From positions 144,892 through 208,891 of the forward strand of contig JBAWZD010000001.1 of the NCBI GenBank assembly GCA_037143195.1: DNA of 64,000 nucleotides, in the 5' to 3' direction. Origin of the DNA: a bacterium. Its GTDB lineage: Bacteria > Patescibacteriota > Minisyncoccia > Phycocordibacterales > UBA9973. Below, one piece after another: positions 30,077-40,613 of this stretch (positions are counted from its first letter, which is position 1; the number at the start of each line of letters is the position of its first letter). The notes beneath the pieces were generated by a model, which was not told where the DNA came from, searched no databases, and saw only the letters and a list, made by a program, of their open reading frames with translations. The translations under genes were made by a program, and so were the position numbers.

Positions 30077-31789
30077 ATGAACAAAGTCATCAAAGAAATT
30101 CAAAAAGCGACGTCGGGCAAACGACGATACAAAAATCCGATGATTGAACCGGACGAGATTTTTCTCGATTCCAAAAATCTTCCAGATTTTGATACACAAC
30201 AGTTTGAAGGTCAGATGGAACGTCCGCTTGAGCGCCGAGCGCTCTTCGGTGTTGGAGTTGCGTTTTTGATTATTGCGATTATTTTCACCGGCAAATTGTG
30301 GTTGCTCCAAATAAAAAATACGGCGACGTACAAACATTTGGCTGAGAACAATAGTCTGTCGAGTGAGCCAATCTTTGCGTCGCGTGGAAACGTCTACGAT
30401 AGAAACAATGTACCGCTCATTTGGAATGACACACGCACAGACGATGCGCCGTGGGGCAAGCGTTCATATATCGCAAGTGCAGGATTTTCAAACTTGCTTG
30501 GCTATGTCGGGTATCCACAAAAAGACAAGTCGGGCAATTACTGGCAGACAGAAATGACGGGTAAAGATGGTGTGGAGAAAGCTTATGATCAAATGCTCGA
30601 CGGTACGAATGGTTCGACGATTGTCGAGCGTGATATCACCGGCAAAGTTCAAGGTGGCACGATTGTCGACGAACCAATCGCGGGCAAGAATCTCACGCTT
30701 ACTATTGATTCACGACTGCAAGCAAAAATGCAACAAGTGCTTGCCGACTATGTGAATCGCGCAGGCTTTCGAAGTGGTTCTGCTGTTATGATGGATGTGC
30801 GCAATGGAGATATCATTGCGATGACAAATGTTCCGGAATACGATTCGAATATAATGGCGAATGGGAGCAACTCTGCAAAAATCCATGAATATCTCAATGA
30901 CCCGCGCACACCACTTTTGAATCGAGCAATCTCGGGTTTGTTTACTCCAGGCTCAATTGTGAAGCCATACATCGCGCTTGAGGCACTCAAAGAAGGCGTC
31001 GTTACTCCGAGTACACTCATTTGTTCGTGTGGATCGATTACGGTTCCAAACCCGTATGATCCAGCGCACCCTGGTGTGTTTCGTGACTACAATCCGAATA
31101 ACGGTATCGTTGATATTCGCAAAGCGATCGCTATTTCCTCAAACATTTTTTTTATGGAAGTTGCGGGAGGATATCATGCACAAAAGGGAATTGGTATCGA
31201 CAATCTTGATATCGCACTCCAGCGTTTTGGCCTGACGAGTAAAACGGGTATTGATCTTGGCGGAGAACAGTCCGGAAATATTCCAAGTCCGGCATGGAAG
31301 GCGCAGAAATTCGCTGGGGAAAGTTGGCGTATTGGAGATACGTACAACACTGCGATCGGACAATACGGCGTAGTGGTCACTCCGCTTGAAATGGCACGTT
31401 CTGTCGCCGCCGTTGCGCGAAATGGTGTGCTCGTCACGCCACATGTTTTGAAAGACACGCCGACGACGGAAACCAAGATTACTGATGTACCTCCCGAAGA
31501 ATATACCGTCGTGCATGAAGGTATGCGCATGGGAGCGACGATTGGTACCGGAAAAATCCTTGCCGGACTTCCATTTACGGCAGGGTCAAAGACTGGTACG
31601 GCTCAGGTCGGATCGAATGCGCAATACGTCAATGCGTGGATGAATGCTTTTTTCCCATATGAAGATCCGCACTATGCTTTGGTCATCCTGACAGAACGTG
31701 GTCCCCAAAATGGACTTGGCGCATCGCAACATGTCGCGTATGATTTCTTGAGCTGGGTCGCACAGAATGCGCCGGAATATACAAAATAG
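30077..31789 (+). CDS. mrdA: Penicillin-binding protein 2 (peptidoglycan D,D-transpeptidase, MrdA-type)
   Basis: TM anchor, a dimerisation domain and a transpeptidase domain with SxxK 'SIVKPY', 'SSN' and 'KTGTA'. Confidence 0.85.
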   Translation: MNKVIKEIQKATSGKRRYKNPMIEPDEIFLDSKNLPDFDTQQFEGQMERPLERRALFGVGVAFLIIAIIFTGKLWLLQIKNTATYKHLAENNSLSSEPIFASRGNVYDRNNVPLIWNDTRTDDAPWGKRSYIASAGFSNLLGYVGYPQKDKSGNYWQTEMTGKDGVEKAYDQMLDGTNGSTIVERDITGKVQGGTIVDEPIAGKNLTLTIDSRLQAKMQQVLADYVNRAGFRSGSAVMMDVRNGDIIAMTNVPEYDSNIMANGSNSAKIHEYLNDPRTPLLNRAISGLFTPGSIVKPYIALEALKEGVVTPSTLICSCGSITVPNPYDPAHPGVFRDYNPNNGIVDIRKAIAISSNIFFMEVAGGYHAQKGIGIDNLDIALQRFGLTSKTGIDLGGEQSGNIPSPAWKAQKFAGESWRIGDTYNTAIGQYGVVVTPLEMARSVAAVARNGVLVTPHVLKDTPTTETKITDVPPEEYTVVHEGMRMGATIGTGKILAGLPFTAGSKTGTAQVGSNAQYVNAWMNAFFPYEDPHYALVILTERGPQNGLGASQHVAYDFLSWVAQNAPEYTK

Positions 31790-32812
31790 ATGCATACATT
31801 GGTCCGAATAATTGAAAACGAAAACGAGCGTGAGGCATTTGATGCGCTTGCGATTCATCCAATGCAAACATGGGCATGGGGTGATGTTCGCCAGACGACT
31901 GGTATTCGAGTCGTGCGGTTTGGTCGCTACCATGGAGATCGACTCGTCGCTTCATATCAGATGACGGTGCATAAGCTTCCCAAAATTTCATTTTTTATCG
32001 GGTATATTCCACGATCAGGAATTCCTGATGCCGAAACTGTTTCGTGGATTGCAGAGTGGGCACGCAAAGAAAAAATTGTTTTTATAAAATGGGAGCCATA
32101 CCAAGAAATCGGGTCGACTGCAGGTGGAGAGACACTCTCGAATCGATTCAGCACAATGCGTGTATCGCGTCACCCATTGTTTACGGAATGGAATCAGGAG
32201 ATCGATTTGCGTGGTACAACTGATGAGATTTTGAAACGATTCAAAAAGAATACTCGCTACTCGATACGCCATGCCGAACAAGTCGGCGTGACTGCTTGCG
32301 AGATGAGCACGGACGAAGGATTTCGCATATTCAGCGATTTATATTTCTCTACTGCTAATCGCCAAAAATATCACGGACACACGAGAAAATATCACGAAAC
32401 GATTTGGCGAATACTTTCGCGTGCGGGAATCGCACGAATTTTTGTTGCATACTACGAAGGTAAACCACATGCCGCGTATGAAATATTTTTTTGGCACAAC
32501 CGTGCGTACTATCCGTACAGCGGAAGTTCCTCGACGGACAGGCATATTCCCGCGACACAATATTTGATGTGGTATGTCGTCCAAGAAGCCAAAAAGTGGG
32601 GCGCAGAAACGCTCGACCTATGGGGGAGCTTACCAGAGACATACGACAAGAAGCACGCATGGGCAGGATTCACTTTGTTCAAAAGTGGCTTTGGAACACG
32701 CTTTGTGCACATGCACCCAAGCACGGATCAGGTGATTTATGGACTACTGTATCGTTTGTATTCGCTTGCGTACACACTTCGATCGCTCATTTGGAAGGGC
32801 GGAATTGTGTGA
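31790..32812 (+). CDS. FemAB-family peptidyl-transferase (peptidoglycan interpeptide-bridge formation)
   Basis: The N-terminal half resembles FemX/FemA ('...FFIGYIPRSG...'). Length about 340 aa, placed immediately after PBP2. It ends with a TGA stop. Confidence 0.65.
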   Translation: MHTLVRIIENENEREAFDALAIHPMQTWAWGDVRQTTGIRVVRFGRYHGDRLVASYQMTVHKLPKISFFIGYIPRSGIPDAETVSWIAEWARKEKIVFIKWEPYQEIGSTAGGETLSNRFSTMRVSRHPLFTEWNQEIDLRGTTDEILKRFKKNTRYSIRHAEQVGVTACEMSTDEGFRIFSDLYFSTANRQKYHGHTRKYHETIWRILSRAGIARIFVAYYEGKPHAAYEIFFWHNRAYYPYSGSSSTDRHIPATQYLMWYVVQEAKKWGAETLDLWGSLPETYDKKHAWAGFTLFKSGFGTRFVHMHPSTDQVIYGLLYRLYSLAYTLRSLIWKGGIV

Positions 32813-32826
32813 TGGCATAAGGGTTT

Positions 32827-32855
32827 TTGACATCGTTCTCCATATCGAATATAAT
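32827..32855 (+). promoter_or_regulatory. Consensus sigma70 promoter TTGACA-17-TATAAT upstream of greA, with a leader of about 90 nt
   Basis: Exact consensus hexamers are present: TTGACA 32827-32832, a 17-nt spacer, then TATAAT 32850-32855. Confidence 0.6.
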
Positions 32856-32949
32856 TTGTCGTCACTCAAATTTGCCCTCCTGCGATCCGTCGCTCGGTGG
32901 GCTTTCATTTGGCTGAAGTTCCCTTTACGAATCACTAATCTAGAATCAC

Positions 32950-33417
32950 ATGGACTCAGGAAAAAATTACATTACAACCGAAAAGCGCGCTGAGCTCGAA
33001 AAAGAGCTTCACTTGCTTCAGACCGAAAAGCGTAAGGAAATTCTCGAAGCGCTTGAATTCGCAAAATCACTTGGTGACCTTTCTGAAAACGCAGAATATC
33101 ATCAGGCACGCGAAGAGCAAGGCAAACTCGAAGAACGTATTTCTGCAATCGAACACATTCTCCGCAATTCAATCGTCATCAAAAAGCATCACTCAGGAAT
33201 CGTCGATGTTGGATCAACAGTCACCGTGCAAAAAGAAGGCGACAAGAACAAGCAAACATTCCAGATCGTCGGAAGTGAAGAAGCAGATTTTGCATCAGGA
33301 CGCATTTCAAACAATTCTCCACTCGGTATCGCGCTTCACGGCAAGAAGCCAGGGGACAAAGCTCACTTCAAGACTCCAAAAGGTGAGACTGTCTACAAAG
33401 TTATCAGTATTGAATAG
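32950..33417 (+). CDS. greA: Transcription elongation factor GreA
   Basis: N-terminal coiled-coil 'LSENAEYHQAREEQ' and a C-terminal FKBP-like domain. 155 aa. Confidence 0.9.
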   Translation: MDSGKNYITTEKRAELEKELHLLQTEKRKEILEALEFAKSLGDLSENAEYHQAREEQGKLEERISAIEHILRNSIVIKKHHSGIVDVGSTVTVQKEGDKNKQTFQIVGSEEADFASGRISNNSPLGIALHGKKPGDKAHFKTPKGETVYKVISIE

Positions 33418-33421
33418 TAGC

Positions 33422-33452
33422 AAAAACCACCTTTCATTCGAAGGTGGTTTTT
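33422..33452 (+). terminator. Intrinsic terminator after greA
   Basis: aaaaaccacctt-tcattcg-aaggtggttttt followed by gc. Confidence 0.8.
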
Positions 33453-33468
33453 GCTATACTCGCCGTAT

Positions 33469-34926
33469 ATGGCATCAATCGAAGAACTTCGCGCAGAGAG
33501 ACTTGGAAAGCTTGAGAAATTGGCACAGGCTGGTATGGACGCGTATCCAGCGCGCGTAGCGCGCGACTATCCGCTCGACTATGTTCGCACTGAATTTACT
33601 GGACTTGAAACTTCGGGCAAAACATTCTCAATCGCGGGACGTGTTATGGCGATTCGCGGACAAGGCGCGATTTTGTTTGTCGTACTCGATGACGGTACGG
33701 CAAAATTCCAATGTGTATTCAAAAAAGACACGCTCGACGAGAAGCTCTTTTCGCTTTTTGAATCGACCGTAGACATGGGCGACTTCATTTCCGTTTCAGG
33801 AACATTTTTTACCACTCAGCGTGGCGAGCCGTCACTGCTTGCGACTGATTGGTCAATGGCTACAAAGAGTTTGCTTCCGCTTCCAGAAAAGTGGCACGGT
33901 ATCACAGACCCAGACGAGCGTTTTCGCAAACGATATCTTGATATTGTCATGAATCCTGAGCTCCGTGATTTGTTTTACAAAAAAGCAGAATTCTGGAAGG
34001 CTACGCGCAATTTCATGCTTGAACACGGCTTCCTTGAAGTTGAGACTCCAACACTCGAACTCACCACAGGCGGAGCTGAAGCAAATCCATTCAAGACATA
34101 TCACAAAGATTTTGATGTGAGTGTGTTCCTCCGTATCTCCATTGGCGAGCTCTGGCAGAAGCGTCTCATGGCAGCTGGATTTCCAAAGACATTTGAGATT
34201 GGACGCGCATATCGCAACGAAGGTACGAGTCCAGAACACTTGCAGGAATTCACCAACATGGAATTCTATTGGGCATACGCTGATTACAAAGATGGCATGA
34301 AGCTCACACAACAGCTCTACCAGAAAATCGCGCTCGATGTATTCGGCAAAACTGAATTCACCACCCGCGGTCACACCTTTGATCTCGCCGGAGAATGGCC
34401 TGTCGTTGAATACGTAGCTGAAATACAAAAACAAACTGGTATCGACGTACTCACGGCAAGTGTCGAAGACATGAAAGCCAAACTTGATATACTCAAAGTA
34501 AAATACGAAGGTACGAATCGTGAACGTTTGACTGATACACTTTGGAAATATTGCCGAAAGAATATCGCAGGTCCTGCATTCCTCGTGCATCATCCGAAAC
34601 TCGTTTCGCCACTCGCCAAGGAATCAAAAGAGCGTCCAGGTACGGTGGAGCGTTTTCAAGTATTGCTCGCTGGTAGCGAAGTGGGGAATGGCTTCAGTGA
34701 ATTGAACGACCCGATTGATCAGCGCGCCCGATTTGAGCTCCAACAGAAACTCCTCGAAGAAGGTGACGAAGAGGCAATGATGCCAGAATGGGAATTCGTC
34801 GACATGCTCGAACATGGTATGCCACCAACGTGTGGTTTCGGATTTGGAGAGCGACTCTTCGCGTTCATGGTAGACAAACCACTCCGCGAAACTCAACTTT
34901 TCCCTCTGATGCGTCCGAAGGAATAA
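33469..34926 (+). CDS. lysS: Lysine--tRNA ligase (class II)
   Basis: An OB-fold anticodon-binding region and class II motifs ('FEIGRAYRNEG', 'GGAEANPF'). TGcTATACT lies 8 nt upstream of the ATG at 33469, so the mRNA is probably leaderless. Confidence 0.9.
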   Translation: MASIEELRAERLGKLEKLAQAGMDAYPARVARDYPLDYVRTEFTGLETSGKTFSIAGRVMAIRGQGAILFVVLDDGTAKFQCVFKKDTLDEKLFSLFESTVDMGDFISVSGTFFTTQRGEPSLLATDWSMATKSLLPLPEKWHGITDPDERFRKRYLDIVMNPELRDLFYKKAEFWKATRNFMLEHGFLEVETPTLELTTGGAEANPFKTYHKDFDVSVFLRISIGELWQKRLMAAGFPKTFEIGRAYRNEGTSPEHLQEFTNMEFYWAYADYKDGMKLTQQLYQKIALDVFGKTEFTTRGHTFDLAGEWPVVEYVAEIQKQTGIDVLTASVEDMKAKLDILKVKYEGTNRERLTDTLWKYCRKNIAGPAFLVHHPKLVSPLAKESKERPGTVERFQVLLAGSEVGNGFSELNDPIDQRARFELQQKLLEEGDEEAMMPEWEFVDMLEHGMPPTCGFGFGERLFAFMVDKPLRETQLFPLMRPKE

Positions 34927-34945
34927 CAAGCACAAAAACGAAAAG

Positions 34946-34972
34946 GGGATTACATAATTGATATGTAATCCC
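34946..34972 (-). terminator. Perfect 10-bp hairpin (gggattacat-aattgat-atgtaatccc). The T-tract is on the minus strand.
   Basis: It lies downstream of the minus-strand ORF 34974..35162. On the minus strand it is followed by cttttcgttttt. Confidence 0.5.
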
Positions 34973-34973
34973 G

Positions 34974-35162
34974 CTAACGGCTAACAATTTCATTGTAAGA
35001 ATATCCGCCGAAAGGGTCGGTATCTTTCTCGGTTTCTGGGACCTGATTTTCATCAGGTTTTTCGTCGTTTTCCGAATTTGCTTCAGGAGCGTTTATCGGC
35101 TTGACCGGCCCATATATCAGCTCGGTATATTCTGTATCGCTTAGTAAACAAAAATTTCCCAT
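34974..35162 (-). CDS. Hypothetical small acidic protein (62 aa)
   Basis: An ORF flanked by a promoter-like AT-rich region and a downstream hairpin. Composition is low-complexity. Confidence 0.3.
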   Translation of the reverse strand: MGNFCLLSDTEYTELIYGPVKPINAPEANSENDEKPDENQVPETEKDTDPFGGYSYNEIVSR

Positions 35163-35247
35163 AATGTATTTTTTTGTAATTCTATAATTTTTTTACTATT
35201 TGTCAAAATTCTTGTTCAGGCTCGATATTTTCGTTTATATAAAAAGA

Positions 35248-35270
35248 AAACCACGTTTAATGCGTGGTTT
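35248..35270 (-). terminator. Bidirectional intrinsic terminator (aaaccacg-tttaatg-cgtggttt)
   Basis: An 8-bp stem with T-runs on both strands, just downstream of the 35296 stop. Confidence 0.6.
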
Positions 35271-35295
35271 CTTTTATTTGCTGATTTTTCAGCGA

Positions 35296-35601
35296 TTAGT
35301 CTACCCATTTGCCCACTACGAGTTCAGGGTTTGCGATTTCCAGCATATTGAGCTGGTCGACAGCATCTTCGTGGCTTATTTCCAAGGATGCCGAAGCCAT
35401 TTTCTTTGTCCAGACGTCTTCTGGGTAACAAAGCAGGGCGATGGCGTATGCCATGTCTGGCGATACGCTGTGCTCGTCTGTGAGATATTGCGTAATTGTA
35501 TTCACGCCGACAGTGTTTGTCTGGCTCTCATCATAGACACTACTCTTCAGGCGAATCGTCACACCGCCTGGGTAGTGCAAAACTGTTTTTACATTGCTCA
35601 T
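35296..35601 (-). CDS. Hypothetical protein (101 aa), divergent from mraZ
   Basis: Intact ORF. The upstream minus-strand region has TTGACA-16/17-ATAATC and the palindrome tcgatttaaatcga at 35607-35620. Confidence 0.45.
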   Translation of the reverse strand: MSNVKTVLHYPGGVTIRLKSSVYDESQTNTVGVNTITQYLTDEHSVSPDMAYAIALLCYPEDVWTKKMASASLEISHEDAVDQLNMLEIANPELVVGKWVD

Positions 35602-35725
35602 AATTCTCGATTTAAATCGATTATATATAATTTATAGAAATGTCAATAGCACGATGGTTCAAACTTTTGAGCCATTCGAAGGGCAGATCCAATCGAAAGT
35701 TATCCACCATTCACGTGCTTTGCGA

Positions 35726-35773
35726 AGTGGGACAAAGTGGAGTAAAATATGGAGTAAGTGGGGAATAGTGGGA
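35726..35773 (+). promoter_or_regulatory. Five direct repeats AGTGG(G/A) at 10-bp phasing upstream of mraZ. Putative MraZ operator.
   Basis: AGTGG at 35726, 35736, 35757 and 35767, with a degenerate TATGG at 35748. MraZ proteins are known to bind phased direct GTGGG-type repeats in their own promoters. Confidence 0.6.
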
Positions 35774-35808
35774 GAAAAGAAGAAATCGAATTTTAGCTGG
35801 AAAATACA

Positions 35809-36243
35809 ATGTTAATCGGAGAATACATCCACAGCATCGACGAAAAAAACCGAGTCTCACTCCCGGTCAAATTTAAGACCGAGCTCGGGAAGAAAGTCGT
35901 GCTTGCTCCAGGGCTTGATAATTCGATTTTCATGTTCAGTCTCGACGAATGGGAAAAGATTTCTTCCAAGCTCGCCGAGAATTCCATGCTTCAGGCAGAC
36001 AATCGTAGTTTCAACCGTTTTATGTTCGGAGGTGCTCAAGAGGTAGAGGTCGATAGTGCCGGGCGCATTCTCATTCCCGATTTCTTGAAAGCTCGTACAA
36101 AGCTTTCCGGTAAGGTCGCCATCATTGGTATCCAAAATCGTGCAGAAATCTGGAATGAGAGGGCGTGGGCAAAGTACAAGGCAGGCGTCGAGAGTCAGGC
36201 GGACACACTGGCAGAAAAACTCGGAAACGTCGGTGCTCTGTAA
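35809..36243 (+). CDS. mraZ: Transcriptional regulator MraZ
   Basis: Duplicated MraZ/SpoVT-AbrB-like halves ('DEKNRVSLP', 'DSAGRILIP'). 144 aa. Confidence 0.9.
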   Translation: MLIGEYIHSIDEKNRVSLPVKFKTELGKKVVLAPGLDNSIFMFSLDEWEKISSKLAENSMLQADNRSFNRFMFGGAQEVEVDSAGRILIPDFLKARTKLSGKVAIIGIQNRAEIWNERAWAKYKAGVESQADTLAEKLGNVGAL

Positions 36244-36248
36244 TTTGT

Positions 36249-37136
36249 ATGGAACACGTCCCAGTCCTTTTACACGAGAGTATAGATGGTCTTCGTTTAT
36301 CCGATGGCGCAGTCGTCGTTGACGGCACGCTTGGCGCAGGGGGACATGCAAGTGAGATTGCTCGACGATTTGGCACAGCGGTGACTATCGTCGGATTTGA
36401 TCTTGACGCAGAGGCACTCGAGCTCGCGGGAGCGAGCGTCAAAAAGTCTGGTGGTACACTCGTTCCGATTCATGCGAACTTTCGCACAATCGTGAATGCG
36501 TGCGAACAGCATGGCTTCACAGAGATCGATGGCGCATTGTTTGATCTCGGCATCTCCTCAATGGAGATTGGCGAATCTGGTCGTGGATTTTCATTCAAGT
36601 ATGATGAACCACTGCTCATGACACTCGCGAATCCTATCACCGACGAGACACTCACTGCAGCAGAAGTCGTGAACGGCATGCGCGAGAACGAACTCGCCGA
36701 CATGATCTACAAGTATGGAGAAGAACGATTCAGTCGTCAGATTGCCAAAGCCATTGTTTTGGCTCGACGCAAAGCGAAGATTGATTCAAGTCTCCAACTC
36801 GCAGAAATCATCGCCGAGTCAGTTCCAGCTTCATACCGCAACGGACGAATCAATCCAGCCACAAAGACATTCCAAGCGCTCCGCATTTATGTAAACGACG
36901 AGCTCGGCGCCGCAGAAGAAGGTATCCGTGGTGCATGGCAATTGCTCAAGAAAGGCGGACGAATCGCAGTCATCACATTCCATAGTCTCGAAGATAGGCT
37001 GGTCAAAAATTTGTTCAAAGAACTCAAAGAAGACGGCGGACAGATCATCACCAAAAAACCTCTCATTCCAACTCGAAAAGAAATTGAAGAAAACAAAAGG
37101 TCGCGTAGTGCAAAGTTACGAATAATCGAAAAATAA
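36249..37136 (+). CDS. rsmH: 16S rRNA (cytosine1402-N4)-methyltransferase RsmH (MraW)
   Basis: 'VVDGTLGAGGHASEI' SAM-binding motif. Placed next to mraZ with a start at 36249. Confidence 0.9.
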   Translation: MEHVPVLLHESIDGLRLSDGAVVVDGTLGAGGHASEIARRFGTAVTIVGFDLDAEALELAGASVKKSGGTLVPIHANFRTIVNACEQHGFTEIDGALFDLGISSMEIGESGRGFSFKYDEPLLMTLANPITDETLTAAEVVNGMRENELADMIYKYGEERFSRQIAKAIVLARRKAKIDSSLQLAEIIAESVPASYRNGRINPATKTFQALRIYVNDELGAAEEGIRGAWQLLKKGGRIAVITFHSLEDRLVKNLFKELKEDGGQIITKKPLIPTRKEIEENKRSRSAKLRIIEK

Positions 37137-37140
37137 TATC

Positions 37141-37485
37141 ATGAATACCGCATACAAAATCCAAGAGTTCGCACTTCCAAAACAACAGTACGTTAAACGT
37201 ATTGTGTACTTTGGTCTCGCAGTTCTCGCGCTTTCAATCAGTCTGTATGTTTACTTCGTCGGCAAAATTGTTTTCGATGTCGTTGGTCGTCGTACGGCAG
37301 AGGCAAGTGTTCGTGCTTCACAAAGTGAAATCAGTGCCAATTCAGCCAAGTATTTTGCTAAAATGAAAGATGTTGATATCGCGCAAGCAGCTGGACTCGG
37401 TCTCGCCGTATCAAACGACACGCTTTACGCTACACGTGCGCTCGCATCAATCAAAACAGCGAGTGTGGCTATGGCGCATGAATAA
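37141..37485 (+). CDS. ftsL: FtsL-like cell-division protein
   Basis: Small bitopic protein lying between rsmH and ftsI. Confidence 0.6.
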   Translation: MNTAYKIQEFALPKQQYVKRIVYFGLAVLALSISLYVYFVGKIVFDVVGRRTAEASVRASQSEISANSAKYFAKMKDVDIAQAAGLGLAVSNDTLYATRALASIKTASVAMAHE

Positions 37486-37490
37486 AGCGC

Positions 37491-39284
37491 ATGGCATCTT
37501 CGGGTAATACTATCAGTCACACACGACTCATTATCGTCCTATCAGCAATAGGACTTTTTGCATTACTCATCATTGCAAAATTGTTCTCACTTCAAATTAT
37601 TCACGGAGAGCAATTTTCTGAACGTGCCAATCGTCAGTATGCGCCATCATCAACTGCATCATTTGATCGCGGCAAAATTTTTGCAACAGCAAAAGACGGC
37701 AGTCTCGTTGAGCTCGCAAGCGTCACGCAAGGATTCAAACTTGCGATTGTTCCGAATGAACTTGTCGACAAAGAAGGTACATACAAAGCACTCTCGGGTA
37801 TCATTACGCTCGATCATGACACGTTTATGATGCATGCAAACAAGGCGAATGATCCGTACGAAGAAATTACAACGCATCTTTCGAAAGAAAATGCAGATGC
37901 AATCAAGGCGCTCAAGATAAAAGGTATTTATTTGTATCAAGATAGTTGGCGTTCATATCCAGCAGGCACGCTTGCTTCACAGGTAGTTGGCTTCGTCGGG
38001 TACAAGGGCAACATTCTCACCGGACGATATGGTTTGGAACAAGAATACAACGATGTATTGTCGCGAACTTCAAGTGGTCTGTATACGAATTTTTTTGCCG
38101 AAGTGTTTGATAATTTGAAAGATACATTCACGAGTAGTGAAGGGCAGGGCGATGTCGTCACGACGATCGAACCGACAGTCCAAGCATATCTTGAGCAATC
38201 GCTTCAAAGCGCAAAAAATAAATTTGTCGCAGACAAGGCTGCGGGAATCGTAATGGATCCTCACACCGGAGCTATCATTGCGATGGCGGGGCTCCCTGAT
38301 TTTGACCCCAACGAATATGGCAAAGTCGCTGACGTAAGTGCGTACAACAACCCTCTCGTCGAAAACGTGTATGAACTTGGATCGATCGTCAAAGGTTTGA
38401 CGATGTCTGCCGGACTCGATGCCAAAGTGGTCACACCTACAACGACCTATGACGACAAGGGATTTTTGATAATCGACAAAGCAAAAGTCAAAAACTTCGA
38501 TGGCAAGGGACGTGGTATTATTCCGATGCAGGAAGTATTGAACGAGTCGCTCAACACTGGTGCTGTATATGTGCAACAAAAACTCGGAAGAGATGCGTTT
38601 CGAAATTATTTTTATAAATTTGGTTTGAATTCAAAAACGGGAATCGATTTGCCGGACGAGGCGCAAAGTCTGGTGAAAAATCTGGAGAGTCCGCGCGATC
38701 TTGAATATGCGACGGCCTCATTCGGTCAGGGTATTGCGCTCACTCCAATCGATGCGATTCGTGCATTCAGTGCGCTTGCGAACAACGGCGTGCCCGTGAC
38801 TCCGCACGTCGCAAGTGAGATTCGCTATCCAGCGGGAACTTCGAAAACGATTACAGTGCCGACACTTGCGCCTGCAATCACACCTGATGCGGTGACCACA
38901 ATCGACCGGATGCTTGTCACTGCGTTCGACCAGAGTCCAGCAGGCAAGGCAGGCAAGAGCAAAAATGGAATGTGGAGTATCGCGGCGAAGACTGGTACCG
39001 CTCAAATATCGATGGAAAATGGTGGTGGGTACTACAGTGACAGGTATCTCCACAGTATGGTAGGGTATTTCCCAGCCTACGATCCGAAGTTCATTGTCCT
39101 GATTTATCTCTACAATCCTCGGAACGCGGGCACGCTCTTCTCCTCAGGAACAGTCGCGTACAGCATGGCCGATATTGCTAATTTTCTTCTAAACTATTAT
39201 CAAATCCCACCAGATAGACCGTCCGTGCCGGTACCGAATGTAACGACGACCAAAGCCTCGACGCAAGCGAAGAAGATGCAATAA
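37491..39284 (+). CDS. ftsI: Peptidoglycan D,D-transpeptidase FtsI (class B PBP)
   Basis: TM anchor, PBP dimerisation and transpeptidase domains, SxxK 'SIVKGL' and 'KTGTAQ'. Confidence 0.85.
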   Translation: MASSGNTISHTRLIIVLSAIGLFALLIIAKLFSLQIIHGEQFSERANRQYAPSSTASFDRGKIFATAKDGSLVELASVTQGFKLAIVPNELVDKEGTYKALSGIITLDHDTFMMHANKANDPYEEITTHLSKENADAIKALKIKGIYLYQDSWRSYPAGTLASQVVGFVGYKGNILTGRYGLEQEYNDVLSRTSSGLYTNFFAEVFDNLKDTFTSSEGQGDVVTTIEPTVQAYLEQSLQSAKNKFVADKAAGIVMDPHTGAIIAMAGLPDFDPNEYGKVADVSAYNNPLVENVYELGSIVKGLTMSAGLDAKVVTPTTTYDDKGFLIIDKAKVKNFDGKGRGIIPMQEVLNESLNTGAVYVQQKLGRDAFRNYFYKFGLNSKTGIDLPDEAQSLVKNLESPRDLEYATASFGQGIALTPIDAIRAFSALANNGVPVTPHVASEIRYPAGTSKTITVPTLAPAITPDAVTTIDRMLVTAFDQSPAGKAGKSKNGMWSIAAKTGTAQISMENGGGYYSDRYLHSMVGYFPAYDPKFIVLIYLYNPRNAGTLFSSGTVAYSMADIANFLLNYYQIPPDRPSVPVPNVTTTKASTQAKKMQ

Positions 39285-39296
39285 TCCCTCAAATAT

Positions 39297-40592
39297 ATGA
39301 AATCATTTTTCAAAAAACTCATCACCGTCATCCTCACGTTCATCGCCAAAGGTATTTTGTGGCGACACAATCCACGCGTCATTGCAGTCACTGGCTCAGT
39401 CGGCAAAACGAGTACCAAAGACGCGATATATACCGTACTCAAAGGTCAGGGCAGTGTGCGTCGTAGTGACAAGAGTTTCAATAGTGAGCTTGGCGTTCCA
39501 CTTTCAATCATTGGCGCATCGAGTGGCTGGAATAATCCGTTTGCATGGCTTGGTGTCATCATGAGTGGTATTTTTCAAATTCTTGAGCCACGCGGAAGCT
39601 ATCCAAAAACACTCGTGCTTGAAGTTGGAGCAGATCGCCCTGGAGATATTAGTTCGATTGCAAAATGGATCAAGCCACACGTCGTCGTCATCACGCGACT
39701 CCCAGAAATTCCAGTACACATTGAATTTTTTCCAACGCTTGAATCTTTGATTGATGAGAAATTGTCTCTTGCCAAAGGACTTCGCAAAGAAGGCACGCTC
39801 GTCTTGAACGCAGACGATCATCGTGTACTCGCAGCGAAAGAAAAAATGCATGCAAAGACTGTCACGTATGGATTGAATCCTGATGCCGATATTCGTGCAA
39901 GTAACGTACAGTTGCTCGCCCCAGGTGAAATTTTTGCCGAAGGTGGCCTCACCTTTAAACTTGAATTCGATGGCAAGAGTTTGCCAGTCACGCTTCCCAA
40001 TATTTATTCCGAAACATTCGTTACGGTTGCGCTTGCAGCGCTCACTGTCGCAAATGTGTCTGATGTGAACATGATCGCTGCCATAGGCGACCTCGCACTC
40101 TACGAGACGCCACCTGGACGCGTACGATTGATCCCTGGTATCAACGAAACAGTCTTGATTGATGACTCATACAATTCGTCACCGACTGCATGTGAAGCTG
40201 GACTTCACATGCTCCGTGATATTCCTTTTGGCAAACGCAAAATTGCGATGCTCGGCGACATGCTCGAGCTCGGCAAACACACGAACGATGCCCATATCGA
40301 GGTGGGTCACGTCGCCAAAGAGTGCGCCGACGTTTTGATTACGGTAGGGCTTCGCGCAAAAGAATTTGCCGTCGGCGCCCGCAAAGCAAAGATGAGCGAA
40401 AAGAAAATCATCGAATGTACCGACGCAAAAGAAGCCGCCGAAATGTACGCAGAAATGCGCAAAGCAGGTGATATCGTTTACATCAAAGGATCACAAAGTA
40501 TGCGCATGGAAAACGCAGTTAAGATGCTCATGGCCGAACCCGAGAAAGCAAGCAAATTGCTCGTGCGTCAGGAGACTGAGTGGGAAGGATAG
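39297..40592 (+). CDS. murF: Mur ligase, most likely UDP-MurNAc-tripeptide--D-Ala-D-Ala ligase
   Basis: 'VIAVTGSVGKTSTKD' P-loop. Central and C-terminal Mur ligase domains. Placed within the dcw cluster. Confidence 0.7.
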   Translation: MKSFFKKLITVILTFIAKGILWRHNPRVIAVTGSVGKTSTKDAIYTVLKGQGSVRRSDKSFNSELGVPLSIIGASSGWNNPFAWLGVIMSGIFQILEPRGSYPKTLVLEVGADRPGDISSIAKWIKPHVVVITRLPEIPVHIEFFPTLESLIDEKLSLAKGLRKEGTLVLNADDHRVLAAKEKMHAKTVTYGLNPDADIRASNVQLLAPGEIFAEGGLTFKLEFDGKSLPVTLPNIYSETFVTVALAALTVANVSDVNMIAAIGDLALYETPPGRVRLIPGINETVLIDDSYNSSPTACEAGLHMLRDIPFGKRKIAMLGDMLELGKHTNDAHIEVGHVAKECADVLITVGLRAKEFAVGARKAKMSEKKIIECTDAKEAAEMYAEMRKAGDIVYIKGSQSMRMENAVKMLMAEPEKASKLLVRQETEWEG

Positions 40593-40613
40593 CTAATTGC
40601 CTGCGTATAACAT

